Shown here piece after piece: positions 40,822 to 54,878 of a DNA stretch of 64,000 bases (the first letter of the stretch is position 1; every line of letters begins with the position of its first letter). The DNA is from Octopus vulgaris (lineage: Eukaryota): positions 45,384,001 to 45,448,000 of the forward strand of contig OX597837.1 in the NCBI GenBank assembly GCA_951406725.2, given 5' to 3'. The notes under the pieces are model-generated. The model did no database searches and was not told the DNA's origin. It worked only from the letters and a program-made list of their open reading frames with translations. Made by a program: the position numbers and the translations under genes.

Positions 40822-40866
<45 letters not shown>

Positions 40867-42102
40867 CAAAGAACTATAAGGAGCTTCGTTTACAATGACA
40901 AGGATAAATTTTGTAGTCAATTATGAAAACACTGGCTTGATAAAAGGGCTATGAATCTGTTGCATATCAAACATTTTACTCGAACTTTACAAAAAATGTT
41001 TTAGTCAATTCCCCCGTTGCTGCTACGAGTTTATCAGGTTAGTAATCGATGAGAAGGCATAAGGAAAGAAGACAGTGTGTGGATGGGCCGAACATTTTTT
41101 GATGAATAACATCTTACTGCTTAAAGAAAACACCACAGACTTCTTGTGATTCACTGGTTTCATGTCAGAAAGTCAGTTGATTCTGTTACCTCCTCTCGGT
41201 TGCTGGGGTTACTGCCCTTAAGAAAAGTAGTTAGTACTGTCTTTGTTTCTGTCATTGAAACACACGCTGGCCAAGAATATTCACACCTGTACCAGAAAGT
41301 GCAACGAGCGTCCTATGTTTTTGGCTCTCTTCAAAGAAATATTTTAATGAACCTCTCTGTCCTCTTGATTCTTTTGTACTAAATCCACGGCTGGCGCTTT
41401 TACAGAAACCGCCTGCGGTTTATGTCAGGATCTGCAACATTAGTAAACACTAGTGTAATTGAATTTCTTTGAGGACGATTTAAAGATAAATAGTGGCAAT
41501 GTCTATAATGATTGGAAATAATTAAATTTGGTAACAATTTCAGCTGATTTGTGATGGAATTCGGCCAAAAGAAATCATGATATTTGACAGATGAACGCGG
41601 TGAACTGTTTTCTAAACTTTTACATCAATGGTCTATATATCTTCAAAGTTCTACAGAGCTTCCACATACTTAAGTTTTCATAAAAATCGTTGTAAGATGA
41701 AAATGTAGCATACAAAGTTGATCTCGCCAAAGATGGAATGCCCAAAATATTATACTAAACTTTACAAAATATGGCAATCGAGGCTTTCCTTTTATAAGAA
41801 AGCAATATCACACCATGTCATTTTAGTATCACGGCTGATACATGCGTTTAGGATATTTGGTTGGTTTACAGAGGAATCAGTTTCATAGACATTAAAGCAC
41901 ACAAGATCCTGAGGTCAGATAGAAGTTTCTACGAAAATAGTAATATTGGCAAACCCTATCTCAGAAGAAAAAAGTGAGAAAGGAGGAGAAACTGAAAATC
42001 ATTGCAGACTGCCTCTTGTATGGCATCACTTTTATATCATCTGCTAAACAACAGCAGCAAAAGTAAATACAGCATTCAAGTACTTACACCTTAAGGGTAA
42101 TA

Positions 42103-42280
42103 CCAAGGTTCACATTTTATTGTCGGTAATTTTGCCGCTAGAACACATCCTCTACAACTTGCATTAAATTTACGATTACTCGTTCCATTTTTGGCCAATA
42201 CACGTAGCAACGCATTAAAACTTTCATCAGTGAAATACCAGGTTAGCCAACACGATATTCTCTCAACATTCGTAAGCAAA
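42103..42280 (-). mobile_element. Gypsy integrase zinc-finger fragment, inverted copy of 44612-44790
   Basis: SCRGCVLAAKLPTIKCEPW; high nucleotide similarity to the + strand copy. Confidence 0.85.
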
Positions 42281-43045
42281 TTCCTTAGAAAGTACTAACT
42301 TCTCAATGACCTTCTCTGTAACGGTAGACTGACTGGACCAGCATATTTGGAGAAAGGCTTTGAAGAGAAACTCTCTGCATACCATCAAACGTGTTGTGTA
42401 AAGGCATGTCCTATAAACTTGAACTTGACGTAAATATGAACAGGAAGCGTAACCACTCTTGGATTCGTCACATTCTGAAGGTTACGCTTTTGTGCCCCAT
42501 TAACAGATATGATAGAAAAGTACTGGAGTCGAGTCGATTCGTTCGACTAAGATTCTTCAAAGTTGGGCCTCAGTATGATCGGAGTCTTAAACTGAAACAA
42601 GTAAAAGATGAAAGTTAATGAAATACCTAATGAGCGAAAGATGATGACTTATTTAAAGACAGTGATGGATGTTTAAAGATAGCGATTTCTTTATATACAC
42701 AAAATGTGACCAATAATATTGATTATTTCATGAACGATATTACTCATCTAATAAACAGCTTCTGCAAAATAATATTAAGTTACTACCTTACAATGCAGTA
42801 TGATGTTGTTACTAAAACAGCAAACAGCGTCATCGAATGGAATTTTAAATGCATGTTTCCAGAAAAGAAATATGCGTGTAATATTCTCAAAAATAAAAAA
42901 AACACCGCCAAATGCAAATACAACAGACTTCATTATGGAATGTTATGGAAAGTCTTGTTCAAATGTCTTCTACAAAAGACCCAAAAAAGGCGGAAACTGT
43001 GGGAAATCCCATCATGTATTCATGTGTGAATGTGTGTATGTATTC

Positions 43046-43137
<92 letters not shown>

Positions 43138-43876
43138 GCACACACATACATTATACACATTAATGCATGCACATACACACACGTATCTTACATATGAGTA
43201 GCAGTTTGTCTGTCTCTCTGTTACAATCTTGCTACCCAAACCAGGGAATCAATCTTCACCACAAAAATTCGTAAAAAAACGTTACAAATTAACAAATTGC
43301 GGTGGTAATGGCGGGAAACTAAAATTTTGTAAACGTGATTTCTGGTTAAAATCGTATTGACCCTCTTTTATACGATGAAACAATACATAGTTTGTGATCC
43401 TTCTTAAGAACAGAAAGCACTTTCATGCAGACCCATGCAAATTGTATCCTTTCCCCTTCGATTACGTCAGTAACCAAGTTCACTGTATATCAGCTGTGCT
43501 GATTCTGTCCATAAAAAAAGAACAAACAATACAATACGGTTGTATGTCATAACAGACGGGCAACGCCGGGATGCATTGCTAGAGTGTGTGCGTGCGTGTA
43601 GGATATTGAGGGAGGATTGAAAATTCGCCAAAAAATTTTTCTTGTATATATATATAAAGTAATTAGAACAGATTAAGCCTTTTAACGTAAGTGGAGAATA
43701 ATTTTATTCAATATGTTTAAATGCATGAAAAGCTAAAATATTTATATTGATACACGCTTTTACAGAATAAATGTTCATAGTTAAACTGTAATTATATTGA
43801 TATACGTATTCTTAAAGTGATTTTGATGTATATAATTTATATAGACATATATAATGGAAGCCAGAAGGCTGGAAGG

Positions 43877-45020
43877 TGTTATGGGGATAATAGTAATAAT
43901 GGTGCACCCCTCCCAGGTGACGAGTGGTATGTGTTAGTCATTATAAATACTGTCAGTCGGTGTAGGTAGAGAGTAGGAAGTAGGCGCTCATAGATAGTCG
44001 TGGTCTAACTTGTCTAACTATACTGCTGCACCAGAGAGGCGTGATAACAGTCCGACAGGGAATTACACCAGTGGCAACGAGGAATTAACAAACTTACAAG
44101 GAATGAACGAATTCACACGGAGTTACGAAACTCACAAAAAGTTTTTGTGCGAATTTTACGCTATACAAAATCATAAAATTATGGGGAAATTGTTGACCGG
44201 TTTGCTCGGGTTGCAAAACTAGCAACAACAACAACAACTGAAAGAACAACAACAGTAGCATTCTACGACTGCAAGAACATCGGCAGAAGCAGCACCAACA
44301 ACAATTACTATTACAGCAGCAGATGCTGCAATTAATGCGAGCCATTCGAAGATACAGTAATTGCAACATTAAGATCAGAAGGAAAAATAAAAAGTGCAAT
44401 GTGGAATGTGGAACGCAAATTACCGGTAATCCTAGAAGACATAAAACGAAATGCGGTAATGGACAAATTCATAACAGAAATGAAAAGAATACTGTAACCA
44501 GGAAAAGTAAATAGGAACGGGAATGGTGCGAAATGAAACCAAACGTGAATCTATACTCCATTTGTGATGGTGTACTGATGTATGCACAGAGAGATGTAAT
44601 ACTTGAAACATTGCAAATGAAAATGTCGAGAGAATATCGTGTTGGACATCCTGGTATTTCAATGATGAAATTTTTAATGCGTAGCTACGTGTACTGGCCG
44701 AAATTGGAATGAGTAATTGTAAATTTAATGCAAGTTGTAGAGGATGTGTTCTAGCGGCAAAATTACCGACGATAAAAAGTTGACCTTGACCAAAAATGGA
44801 TGTTCCGCGGTTGAGACTACACTTCGATTTTGTTGCTCTTTTAAACGGTTCATACTACTTAGTGGTAGATACTTAGTGGCAGAGGATAGTTTTTCTAAAT
44901 GGCCAAACATTTCTAAGTGCAAAAAGCCAAACTCCTCAACTGTGACACATTTTTTACACGAGCTGTTTGCGAGATTTGGCATCCCAGACGCCATAGTATC
45001 TGATAATGGACAGCAATTTC
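43877..45020 (+). mobile_element. Deleted Gypsy (Mag-like) LTR retrotransposon: 5' LTR, PBS, gag start, integrase
   Basis: TGT at 43877, TATAAATA at 43942, CA at 44070, PBS-like TGGCAACGAGG at 44072-44082, Gln-rich gag start, GHPGISMMKFLMRSYVYWP and DSFSKWP...LFARFGIPDAIVSDNGQQF. Confidence 0.85.
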
Positions 45021-45421
45021 TGTCTATTATTAAAATATTTATTATTTATTAGAATATTAAAACAGAAAATATAAAACCAAAAGCATTTGGCATTCTAAAA
45101 ACAGTTGTAAGGGATTCTTTTTATCATAACTACTCTGCACTATGCTTATATCCTTTATTTAAATTAAAGGTTTTTCCACCGGTGCCAAATGTTTTGCTGT
45201 ATCATTTTCTATTTTAATCTATATAAACCCGCTCAAGGAGAAGCCACTTACAGCCACCTTTGGTAGTCATTTTCAGCACATTTTTTCAGTGGCTTTCAAA
45301 CCGGAGTTTAAGTAGTTACCCATACTGAGCACCCATAGTAGATACCTATTGCATTACGTCACTTTACAAAAACACACTTGTATATTCCAACTCACTTGCC
45401 CTCTCTCTTCTCTCTCTCTCT

Positions 45422-45455
<34 letters not shown>

Positions 45456-45498
45456 GCGCGCGAGAGAGAGAGACAGCCGGTTAGATAGATAGACAGAC

Positions 45499-45564
<66 letters not shown>

Positions 45565-45585
45565 GTAGGTAGAGAGAGAGAGAAA

Positions 45586-45655
<70 letters not shown>

Positions 45656-45857
45656 GGATAGATAGATAGATAGATGCACGTGTGCATGTGTGTATATACA
45701 TATGAATGCGTGGATATATGTAAGATGAAAAATATACAGCTATCTTTCCAATGTTCAACAGTGATGAATGTGTCTTCGTTAAAAACGAGTTACTTTCTTT
45801 ATCGGAAGTATTTAAATAATTAAAAACCATCACACACACACACACACACACACACAC

Positions 45858-45913
<56 letters not shown>

Positions 45914-46338
45914 TATGTATATATATATGTATGTATATGTATATATATATGTATATATATATATGTATGTATGTATGCATGTATATGTATATACGTATCT
46001 ATGTTTGTATATATATATATATATATATATACCATATAAATTCTATGCACTCATATATATATATTAATAGTAAAACACATATATAGATACATTCAACATG
46101 TACGTAAACATACAGACATGCATACATATACACATATACATATATGCGTGAACAGATATGCGTATACACACACATACACGTATATGCACACATATACACA
46201 GATATACTCGTACATTTACATACGTAGATACATATGCATGTACATTAACTAAAGAAAAAGTAATTTTCATTTAAAAAGCGAAGAGAAAAGTCACTTAAAT
46301 ACAAATATCGATAGAAAACAAGTCAATAACAACACCGC

Positions 46339-46720
46339 AAGAAGAAGAAGAAGAAGAAGAAGAAGAAGAAGAAGAAGAAGAAGAAGAAGAAGAAGAAGAA
46401 GAAGAAGGAGAGGTGGAGGAGGAGGAGAAGAAGAAGAAGAAAGAAGAAGAAGAAGAAGAAGAAGAAGGAGAGGTGGAGGAGGAGGAGAAGAAGAAGGAGA
46501 AGGAGAAGAAGAAGAAGAAGGAGAAGGAGAGGAAGAAGAAGCAGAAGAAGAAGAAGAAGAAGAAGAAGAAGACGGTGGAGGAAGAAGAAAAGAAGAAGAA
46601 GAAGAAGAAGAAGAAGAAGACGGTGGAGGAAGAAGAAGAAGAAGAAGAAGAAGAAGGAGGAGGAGGAGGAGGAGGAGGAGGAGGAGAAGAAGGAGAAGAA
46701 GAAGAAGAAGCAGAAGAAGA
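46339..46720. repeat. (GAA)n/(GGA)n polypurine tract
   Basis: About 380 bp almost purine-only, with higher-order duplicated units. Confidence 0.97.
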
Positions 46721-47149
46721 ATCGCAACAATTGCAACAAGAACAACAGTTAGCACAACTGCAACAGCAGCCGAAGCAGCAACACCAACAGCAAGAACAAC
46801 GACGAAAATATTAACAATAACTGCAACAACAACAACAACAGCAACAACGGATTTTGTTCTGTATTGATTTTTTGGTTCGAACGAAATATTACGCGAGTAT
46901 CGAATATTTATTTTTTGTTTTATGTCTTTGTTTTCTTGTTTTGAATATCTGACTGCAAATGGCGGTTGGCACAGTTTTCTACACTATCGTTGTTGTTGTT
47001 GTTGTTGTTGTTCTTGGTGGTGGTGGTGATGATGATGGTGGTAGCGGTGGTCTTGACTTTATTAGTAAAAACAAATCAGAAACAGTAACTTAAAATGAAG
47101 GCCTACATGTCTGATGAGAAAAAGATAATCCTAATTCTTTTTTTTTTTT

Positions 47150-47547
47150 CTGCTACAGGCGAAAAGCTTGAAAATATTTTACGGTGGAAGTAGGGGGGGG
47201 GGGTATTCGATTACATCGACCCCCATGTTTCAACTGGTACTTATTTTTATCGGTATCGAAAAATTAAAGTCGACCTCGGCGGAATTTCATCTCAGAACTT
47301 TAAAATTCCGCCAAGGTCGACCTCGCCTTTAATCTTTTCAAGGTCGATGAAACAAGTACCAGTTACGCACTGGGGTCGACGTAACCGACTAGCCCCTCCT
47401 CCCCTTTCCTCAAATTTACAAGCTTTGTGTCTATAGTAGAAAGGATTACTATTATTATTATTAATATTATTATTGAGTGAGAGAACGGTGCATGCCATCA
47501 AAGTGACACTGGGGTAAAATATACGAAGCCCAGTATATCCATCTTGT

Positions 47548-47599
<52 letters not shown>

Positions 47600-48190
47600 T
47601 GATTTATAGGTACGTGGTATTCCGTTGTGCAACCATAATATAAGGTTGTCCCAAAAGTTCGTAGAAAGTCTTGGAAAATAATGGTCTTTATTTTGAGGAA
47701 TAATTTTTGTTGTTTTTTGTTAGTACTTGGCGAGTAAAAATTCAATTTTCGCAAGTGTTTACGAACTTTTGGGACAACCTAATATACTAACAAGTAATAT
47801 TCTTTTCTACTCTAGGCACACAAAGCCCGAAATTTTGGGGGAGGGATTAGTCGATTAGATCTACCCCAGTATGTAACTGGTACTTAATTTATCGACCCCG
47901 AAAGGATGAAAGGCAAAGTCGACCTCGGCGGAATTTGAAACTCAGAACGTAATGGCAGCCGAAATACCTATTTCTTTACTACCCACAAGGGGCTAAACAC
48001 AGAGAGGACAAACAAGGACAGACAAACGTATTAAGTCGATTACATCGACCCCAGTGCGGAACTGGTACTTATTTAATCGACCCCGAAAGGATGAAAGGCA
48101 AAATCGACCTCGACGGAATGTGAACTCAGAACGTAGCGGCAGACGAAATACTGCTAAGCATTTCGCCCGGCGTGCTAACGATTCTGCCAC
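47150..48190. mobile_element. Cluster of four Meta-type SINE copies (about 47150-47290 -, 47295-47450 +, 47800-47965 -, 47968-48190 -)
   Basis: Repeated block CCGCCGAGGTCGACTTTGCCTTTCATCCTTTCGGGGTCGAT in both orientations. Confidence 0.85.
47641..47782. mobile_element. Mariner-type MITE
   Basis: TIRs TAAGGTTGTCCCAAAAGTTCGTA / TACGAACTTTTGGGACAACCTAA with TA on each side. Confidence 0.88.
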
Positions 48191-48314
48191 CTGGACTATA
48201 GAGTATATTAAAATCAATGCCACGTTCTACTGTGTTAGCAGTGCGCTTTACATTATTTGTTGAGGTTATTTCTACAGAGATTCTATAGAAATTATAAATA
48301 GCACTAATTTTTGC

Positions 48315-48748
48315 GGTTAATGTTTATTTTAATACCTAATCATCTAAACCAAAAAACAAAAAGAAATAAAACAAGTGTAATAGGTGTAAAAAAATGTGTA
48401 TTAAACGAATATGAGAACAAAAATTTTGCCAACGAACCGATTATAAAGAAATTTGTGGGGAAAACTTTTTCCGAGGGGGTGTAGAAAGAACTTTCGAAGA
48501 GAAAGAAATTCATAGATGATTTTTTTGTTTGAGTGCTATGGAAAAAGTTAAGGGTGATTTAGCTGTTGTTTTTAGGTACATCTCACAACCATCTGATACT
48601 TTCCTTGTTTGTTTAATATTTTCGTTTAATAACTACAAGTTCTCTCGGTCACCAATAAACAATTTGGGGCTAATACAGTTTCACCCACCCCACTTGAAAA
48701 AATTTCTTCCGATTCCTAGGTTTTAGATGCCGGAAATTACGAATATGC

Positions 48749-48782
<34 letters not shown>

Positions 48783-48802
48783 GTTGATGATGTTGATGAT
48801 GT

Positions 48803-48848
<46 letters not shown>

Positions 48849-49481
48849 AATATGCAAATAAAAAAATTGGAAAACCAATGACAATACTTTTAATAAATTT
48901 GAAAGTTGTTATAAGCATTGAGAAGTTTAACTGAAAATATACGAATGTGGTGCTGAGAAGGTTCGTTTGATGCGTGTGTATTTGTTGTTAAATCCGTTTG
49001 CGCATGCGTCAAACTACTAAACAAGCCATTTCTGCACCACATGCGTATATTTTCAGTGAAACTTCTCGAAGCTTATAAAAACTTTCAATTTTATTTAAAG
49101 TTTTGTCATTGGTTTTCGTGGGTTTTCTAAAACCTAAGAATCCGGAGATATTTTTTTCAAAAACGAATTTTTCAAGGTGAGATGCAAAACTGCATTAATC
49201 CCCTTTTTTCTATTACACAAACGAAAAATAATTGAATCTAAAAAAATTTTTTTTTTTTTTCCATTACACTCAAGCAAAAAATAATTTAAGAGTGTCAGTC
49301 TATTCTAAAGTCTTCTCCCCACGCCCTCGGAAAAAAGTTTTTCCCACAAATTTCTTTATAATCGGTTTGTTGGCGCAAATGTTTGCTGTCAGATTCGTTT
49401 AATGCACTTATTTTAACACCTATTAGACTTAGTTTTTATTTTTGTTGTTTTGGTGGCCGGGTGTTAAAGTAAACAGTAACC
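48315..49481. mobile_element. Foldback element with long inverted arms (Mutator-like non-autonomous)
   Basis: Arms match in inverted orientation to a centre near 48990; GG...CC termini; 9-bp flanks AATTTTTGC / ATTTTTTTC (7/9). Confidence 0.8.
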
Positions 49482-49614
49482 ATTTTTTTCTACTACGTTT
49501 CGTATACGAGACGACAAATGTAAACAAACCAAACAATGAGATCGAAGATAAAAAATGGATAATTTGAATGGAGTTTAATATAATTTATAGTATACCATGG
49601 TGGCAAATGACCTT

Positions 49615-49705
<91 letters not shown>

Positions 49706-49800
49706 GTATATATATATATGTGTGTGTGTGTGTGTATTATTAATAATAATATGACAACAAAAGAATGAATGATATTATGTAAATAGAGGAATTTATCTAT

Positions 49801-49898
49801 AATATAATATGTGACGATTAGTCGGTTGCCATAATAAAACTCAGACATCCGAAACTCTGAGTTTTATTAAGTCAACCGACTAATTGTCACATTATATT
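49801..49898. repeat. Near-perfect ~100-nt hairpin
   Basis: ATGTGACGATTAGTCGGTTGCCATAATAAAACTCAGA pairs with TCTGAGTTTTATTAAGTCAACCGACTAATTGTCACAT around a 10-nt loop. Confidence 0.9.
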
Positions 49899-49902
49899 AT
49901 AT

Positions 49903-50004
<102 letters not shown>

Positions 50005-50421
50005 ATGCATGTAGATAGATAGATACATATTTATATGTATGTTTATATTCAAATATAAACACACACTCACATACAGACACCCACACGTACAGTGCCCTAC
50101 GAAAAGTTTTAAGCAACCCGTCGATTCTTCGGTTTCATTTTTCTTTTTTTCTTTTCCCTAATTAGATAATATTTTCTCCTCGATGGAGATAAATGTATGA
50201 TATTCTATTATTCCCTTAATTTGATAAAATCCAAGCATAAAAACTAGTAAAAGAAAAACGTATCAATGAACATATATATATACGAGCAAGTCATCAGCTA
50301 ATATCAGCGGACAAATCAATACAAACTGTTCGATTTGATGGGGTAGGAAGAGTTAATCATTGAACGATAAATAATGTAAACAAAATTGAGCTAAGAGAAA
50401 TAACTCTGAATGGAGAGTAGC

Positions 50422-50504
<83 letters not shown>

Positions 50505-50992
50505 TAATAATAATAATAATAATAATAATAAGACTATATAGGATTGAAGTAACTCATCCAGAAGTTATACAGAAATAAATAGAAGAGTGCCATATCATGT
50601 GAAATTGGTTGAACGATATTTCGGCATCGAGCGTGCATTTGAGACGAGCTCCACTTAAGAGGAGATAATCTTAAGTTCAAATGAATTTCCAAAGAACAGG
50701 CTTCTTGCCTTGAGGTAAGAGAACAGTAATAGGCTCGTGTTTCTGGCTCAACAGCCGTCATTAGCACAACAGCTCCTTAACCTTGTTTCCAGGAACTATA
50801 TAAAGGGCATGGATACAAACAACATAGTAAAGAAACCTATATACGCACACAAACACACAGTAACTTCACAAACGGCCGCAACAACAATAAAACCACTAAC
50901 AATAACGATGATAACAACAATATGAAAGGACACATGAGCACAGAAAGGTGCAAAAACAATACCAAGAGTAAGGGTCAAGAACAGCAACAGCA

Positions 50993-51185
50993 GTGGAGGC
51001 GCAATGGCCCAGTGGTTAGGGCAGCGGACTCGCGGTCGGAGGATCGCGGCTTCGATTCCCAGACTGGGCGTTGTGTGTGTTTTTTTAGTGAAAACACCTA
51101 AAAAGCTCCACGAGGCTCCGGCAGAGGGTGGTGGGGACCCCTGTTGTACTCTTTCGCCCCAACTTTCTCTCACTTTTTCTTCCAG
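50993..51185 (+). mobile_element. tRNA-derived SINE head + body 1
   Basis: Same head and body as 7488-7874 but followed by an unrelated sequence. Confidence 0.88.
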
Positions 51186-51596
51186 TTTCTTGTCCCCGAC
51201 TTCCTACGCAACCGTTGAGCCTGGATGCGCATTCAGCCATCCGTCGATGCTCTCGGTGTCAGGGGTTGACCTGCTTTCTCTTCTGCGGGTCTTACAAATA
51301 GCAAAGGACCACGATTCGGACTTCTCCCACTGCGAGTTCTGGGACGAAGACCGTTCGCTCAACAGCAACAGAAGCAACAGGAAAGAAAACGTAGATGAGG
51401 GGAGGGTATCACTAAGAGCAACGACGATAATGATAACAACAATATAAAGTGTACGAGTATAAACAGTGCAGTAGGTAAGCCCATATATACACAGATAAGC
51501 GCACATACAAAGCACATACACGCGCATACGTGCTTGCGCTAGCACACACACACACACATACACTCACACATGTACGCACATGAAGACGCAAATGCA

Positions 51597-51875
51597 TCAG
51601 TGACAGAACAGACTAAGTGGAGCAGGAGGATACAGGAAGACGAAAAGTGTGGCTGAAGAGGTCACAGATGTACGACGAAAGATTTCTGGGCAATGGATAA
51701 GTAAGAGAGAGGAGGGAAGGAGAAAGAGAGAGTGAGTGGAGAGAGTCAATGAGGGGGCAGAGAGAAATGGAGTCAAAAGGGAGAGATCAAGAACAGTAGT
51801 AAACGAGTGAAGAAAGAATATAGAGTGCGTGTGTTTATTTGGAAAAAGAAAATGACCGTCCCGAAATATAACAAT
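51597..51875 (-). mobile_element. Possible solo-LTR-like fragment
   Basis: Minus strand begins TGTTATATTTCGGGACGGTCATTTT; related starts TGTTATATTTCGGAATGGTCAT at 9624 and 9712. Confidence 0.4.
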
Positions 51876-53816
51876 ATTAGTTTGCATAATTCAAACAAAA
51901 ATGAGCGAAGGGAAATAACTCATGCAATGGCTATACATGAATCAGCCTATCATTTATAATTTAAGTGGCTTCATGCTTAATTGAACGAAGCTCAGGTTTA
52001 TTTTTTTAAATCATTTAAATGGCCCAAAATACAGTTAGATAGTGGCAAAAGGTCTGTGATTCTTATAAGGAAAATGAAGCCCATGTTGAAGAAGCAAGGT
52101 AACACAAGTTGAGAAACAAACTCATGGAATCAAATCTCTGAAACGGTGTACTCAAAGACCCGATATTAAACCAATTGAACGTATGGAAAAAAACGCTTAA
52201 TAGAAGGTTGCGTGAAAGATCGAGGAAAATTACATCAATTATAGAGCTGAAAGAAGCATTGAGCGAAGAATGGATAAACACGGATCAGTCTGTCATTGAT
52301 GATTCGATCGATTTCATGCTTAATCGAACGAACGGCATGATATTAGGTCCTAAAAATATTGAAACAAAACTTCGTTCATTTTGGATAGTTTTTTTATGGA
52401 ATTAACGTTGCATTTTATTGCACTGTCTATATTATAAAGTGATTGTCGGTCACTGCGTGTATGTATGGGTTGTGTACATGCAGTGTGTGTATGTGTGTGT
52501 ATGTGTAAATTAATCATTTGGGAACGTTATGTCATATAGACTGGTATTGTATGCAGGACTGTGAGCAAGATTGATCTCTCGGTGTTTTCACGCCATAAAG
52601 TTGGAGCCAAATAGACGAGCGATCGTTAAAAGTCCCATTAGAGCTTTAGGAGGCGAAAGAAAAAAAATATTGTTAGATAAATTCTAAGCCCTGTGGAGTT
52701 GGAGAAAGTATTTAAAACCAAGTTCTGTGTTTTGTATATTCCTTTCTGAGAGTAAAAACAGGAAGAAACAAAAATGGTGTTTAATGTTTCCTAAAGGGGG
52801 ATCAGCCGGATTTGTGCGCGAACTCTTGATAATCCGCATACATCAGAAGTCACTTTGACCGGGGGGCTTTCATGTCATAAATCATATTAAAGCCATTGGG
52901 AAATATGTCAAAACAGGAATCCCCTTCCTTCGGTTGTAGGCTTGTAGTTAGAGAAAGATGAGGGATGGAGGAAGAGAAGGGGTAAGTGAGAGGAGGGGGA
53001 GAAAGAGGCGGGAAGATAGAGGAGGGTGGAGAAAGAGGGGGATAAGGAGCAAGGAGGGAGAAGCATCGAGAGAAAAGAGACGGAGTGAGAAGAGAGGGGG
53101 ACGGGAGAGAGCGGGGGAGTGAAGAGATATACAGGAGTAAGAGAGAAGAGAGAGGGAGAAGAGACGGGTGAGACAGGCGGAGAAGTGAGAGAGAGAGGAG
53201 GGAAGGAGAAAGAGAGAGATAGGAAGAGTGAGGGGAGGGAGGCATGGGAGGAGCAGAGAGAAATGGAGTCGGAGGAGAGAGGTGAAGAGAGAGGGATAAA
53301 GAAGGGAGAGAAAGAGAGAGAAATGCCAAAGGTGTGTGTGTGTGTGTATGTATGTGTGGTTATGTAGATGAGATGTGTATATATATTTGATTGTAAGTAC
53401 AGTATGTGTTTATGCTTCTGCTTTATATATCACAAGTCGAATTACATACAGACACGCACACACACACACACTCACACATACTCACATATACACACACATA
53501 TAAACATATATTTAGAAAGAAGGATTTTTTTGCCTTTTGAATTAAAAAAAAAGGTATGTAAGCCATTTATATACGACTAAATATAATATAAATTATTTAC
53601 AAGCTACGAAACAATTTGTTGTGAGATCGATAAATATAATTTCATCCAACTATTTCTCAGTCATTTGTGACTAAATATATGATTGTATATGATTTTGTAG
53701 GTATTTATGTGTGTGCATATATACATGCATGTTTGTGTGTATATGTATAGATATACGTATGTATAGATAGATAGATATAGACAGATAGATAGTATATATA
53801 TATATATATATGTATG

Positions 53817-53877
<61 letters not shown>

Positions 53878-53930
53878 CTATAGATACATATATAGAGAGA
53901 GACAGACAGACAGACAGACAGATGTGTGTA

Positions 53931-54024
<94 letters not shown>

Positions 54025-54026
54025 CG

Positions 54027-54085
<59 letters not shown>

Positions 54086-54377
54086 GTCTGTGTGTGTATA
54101 TATATGTAGATATGTATTGTATAAATAATGATCCAGGTATATCCGATTCTTGGAGCTTTGATGATTTGTTAATCTTTACTTGCTTGCTCGATTTATGTTG
54201 ATCCGTTGCGTATTTCATTGTAATTCGGTGACTTACTTGATGATTTAGCTCCTCTTTCTAGCAAGTAAGCGCCTCGTACGCCCTCTATTATAATTACAAA
54301 TTTTATTCTCTAGCTTTTTAACGCTACCATTTATTGCTATCACCTATAATTTTTCGTTATTATTACGAGTGATTTAT

Positions 54378-54770
54378 GAAGGCGGCGAGCTGGCAGAATC
54401 ATTAACGCCGACCGAAATCCTTAGAAGTATTTCGCCCGTCGCTACGTCCTGAGTTCAAATTCCGCCGAGGTCGACTTTACCTTTCATTCTTTCTGGTTCG
54501 ATATGCTGAATACTAGGGTCGATGTAATCGTCTATCATGCTTCCCCAAATTTCAGGCTTTGAACCTATAATAGAAAGAATTATTATCAATTATTTATGAA
54601 GGGTGTGAGCTGGCATTTCGCCAGTTGCTATGTTCTGAGTTCAAATTCCACCGAGGTCGACTTTACCTTTCATCCTTTCGGGGTCAGTGAATTAAGTACC
54701 AGTGAAACACTGGGTTATTCCCCCTCCCAAATTTCAGGCCTTGTGCCTATAGTAGAAACGATTATTATTT
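54378..54770 (+). mobile_element. Two tandem Meta-type SINEs
   Basis: GAAGGCGGCGAGCTGGCAGAATC head; GAGTTCAAATTCCGCCGAGGTCGACTTTACCTTTCAT block twice. Confidence 0.88.
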
Positions 54771-54834
54771 ATATTTACCGCTGATACTAATAACAATAAA
54801 AACATTTATACGAATATTCGTTTAAATTTTTACT

Positions 54835-54878
<44 letters not shown>

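Larger units (their letters stand above)
50090..52425 (+). mobile_element. Decayed Tc1-like transposon with nested insertions
   Basis: TA|CAGTGC and GCACTG termini; C-terminal peptide PDIKPIE..VWKKTLNRRLRERSRKITSIIELKEALSEEW...IDFMLNR at 52150-52370; outer limits uncertain. Confidence 0.6.

Noticed and set aside
46413-46814. Glu/Lys/Gln-rich ORF
   Set aside because: Product of GAA, GGA and CAA repeats with a non-ATG start
51649-51690. CTGAAGA-GGTC...GAC-GAAA hammerhead candidate
   Set aside because: No stem I complementarity and no credible stem III
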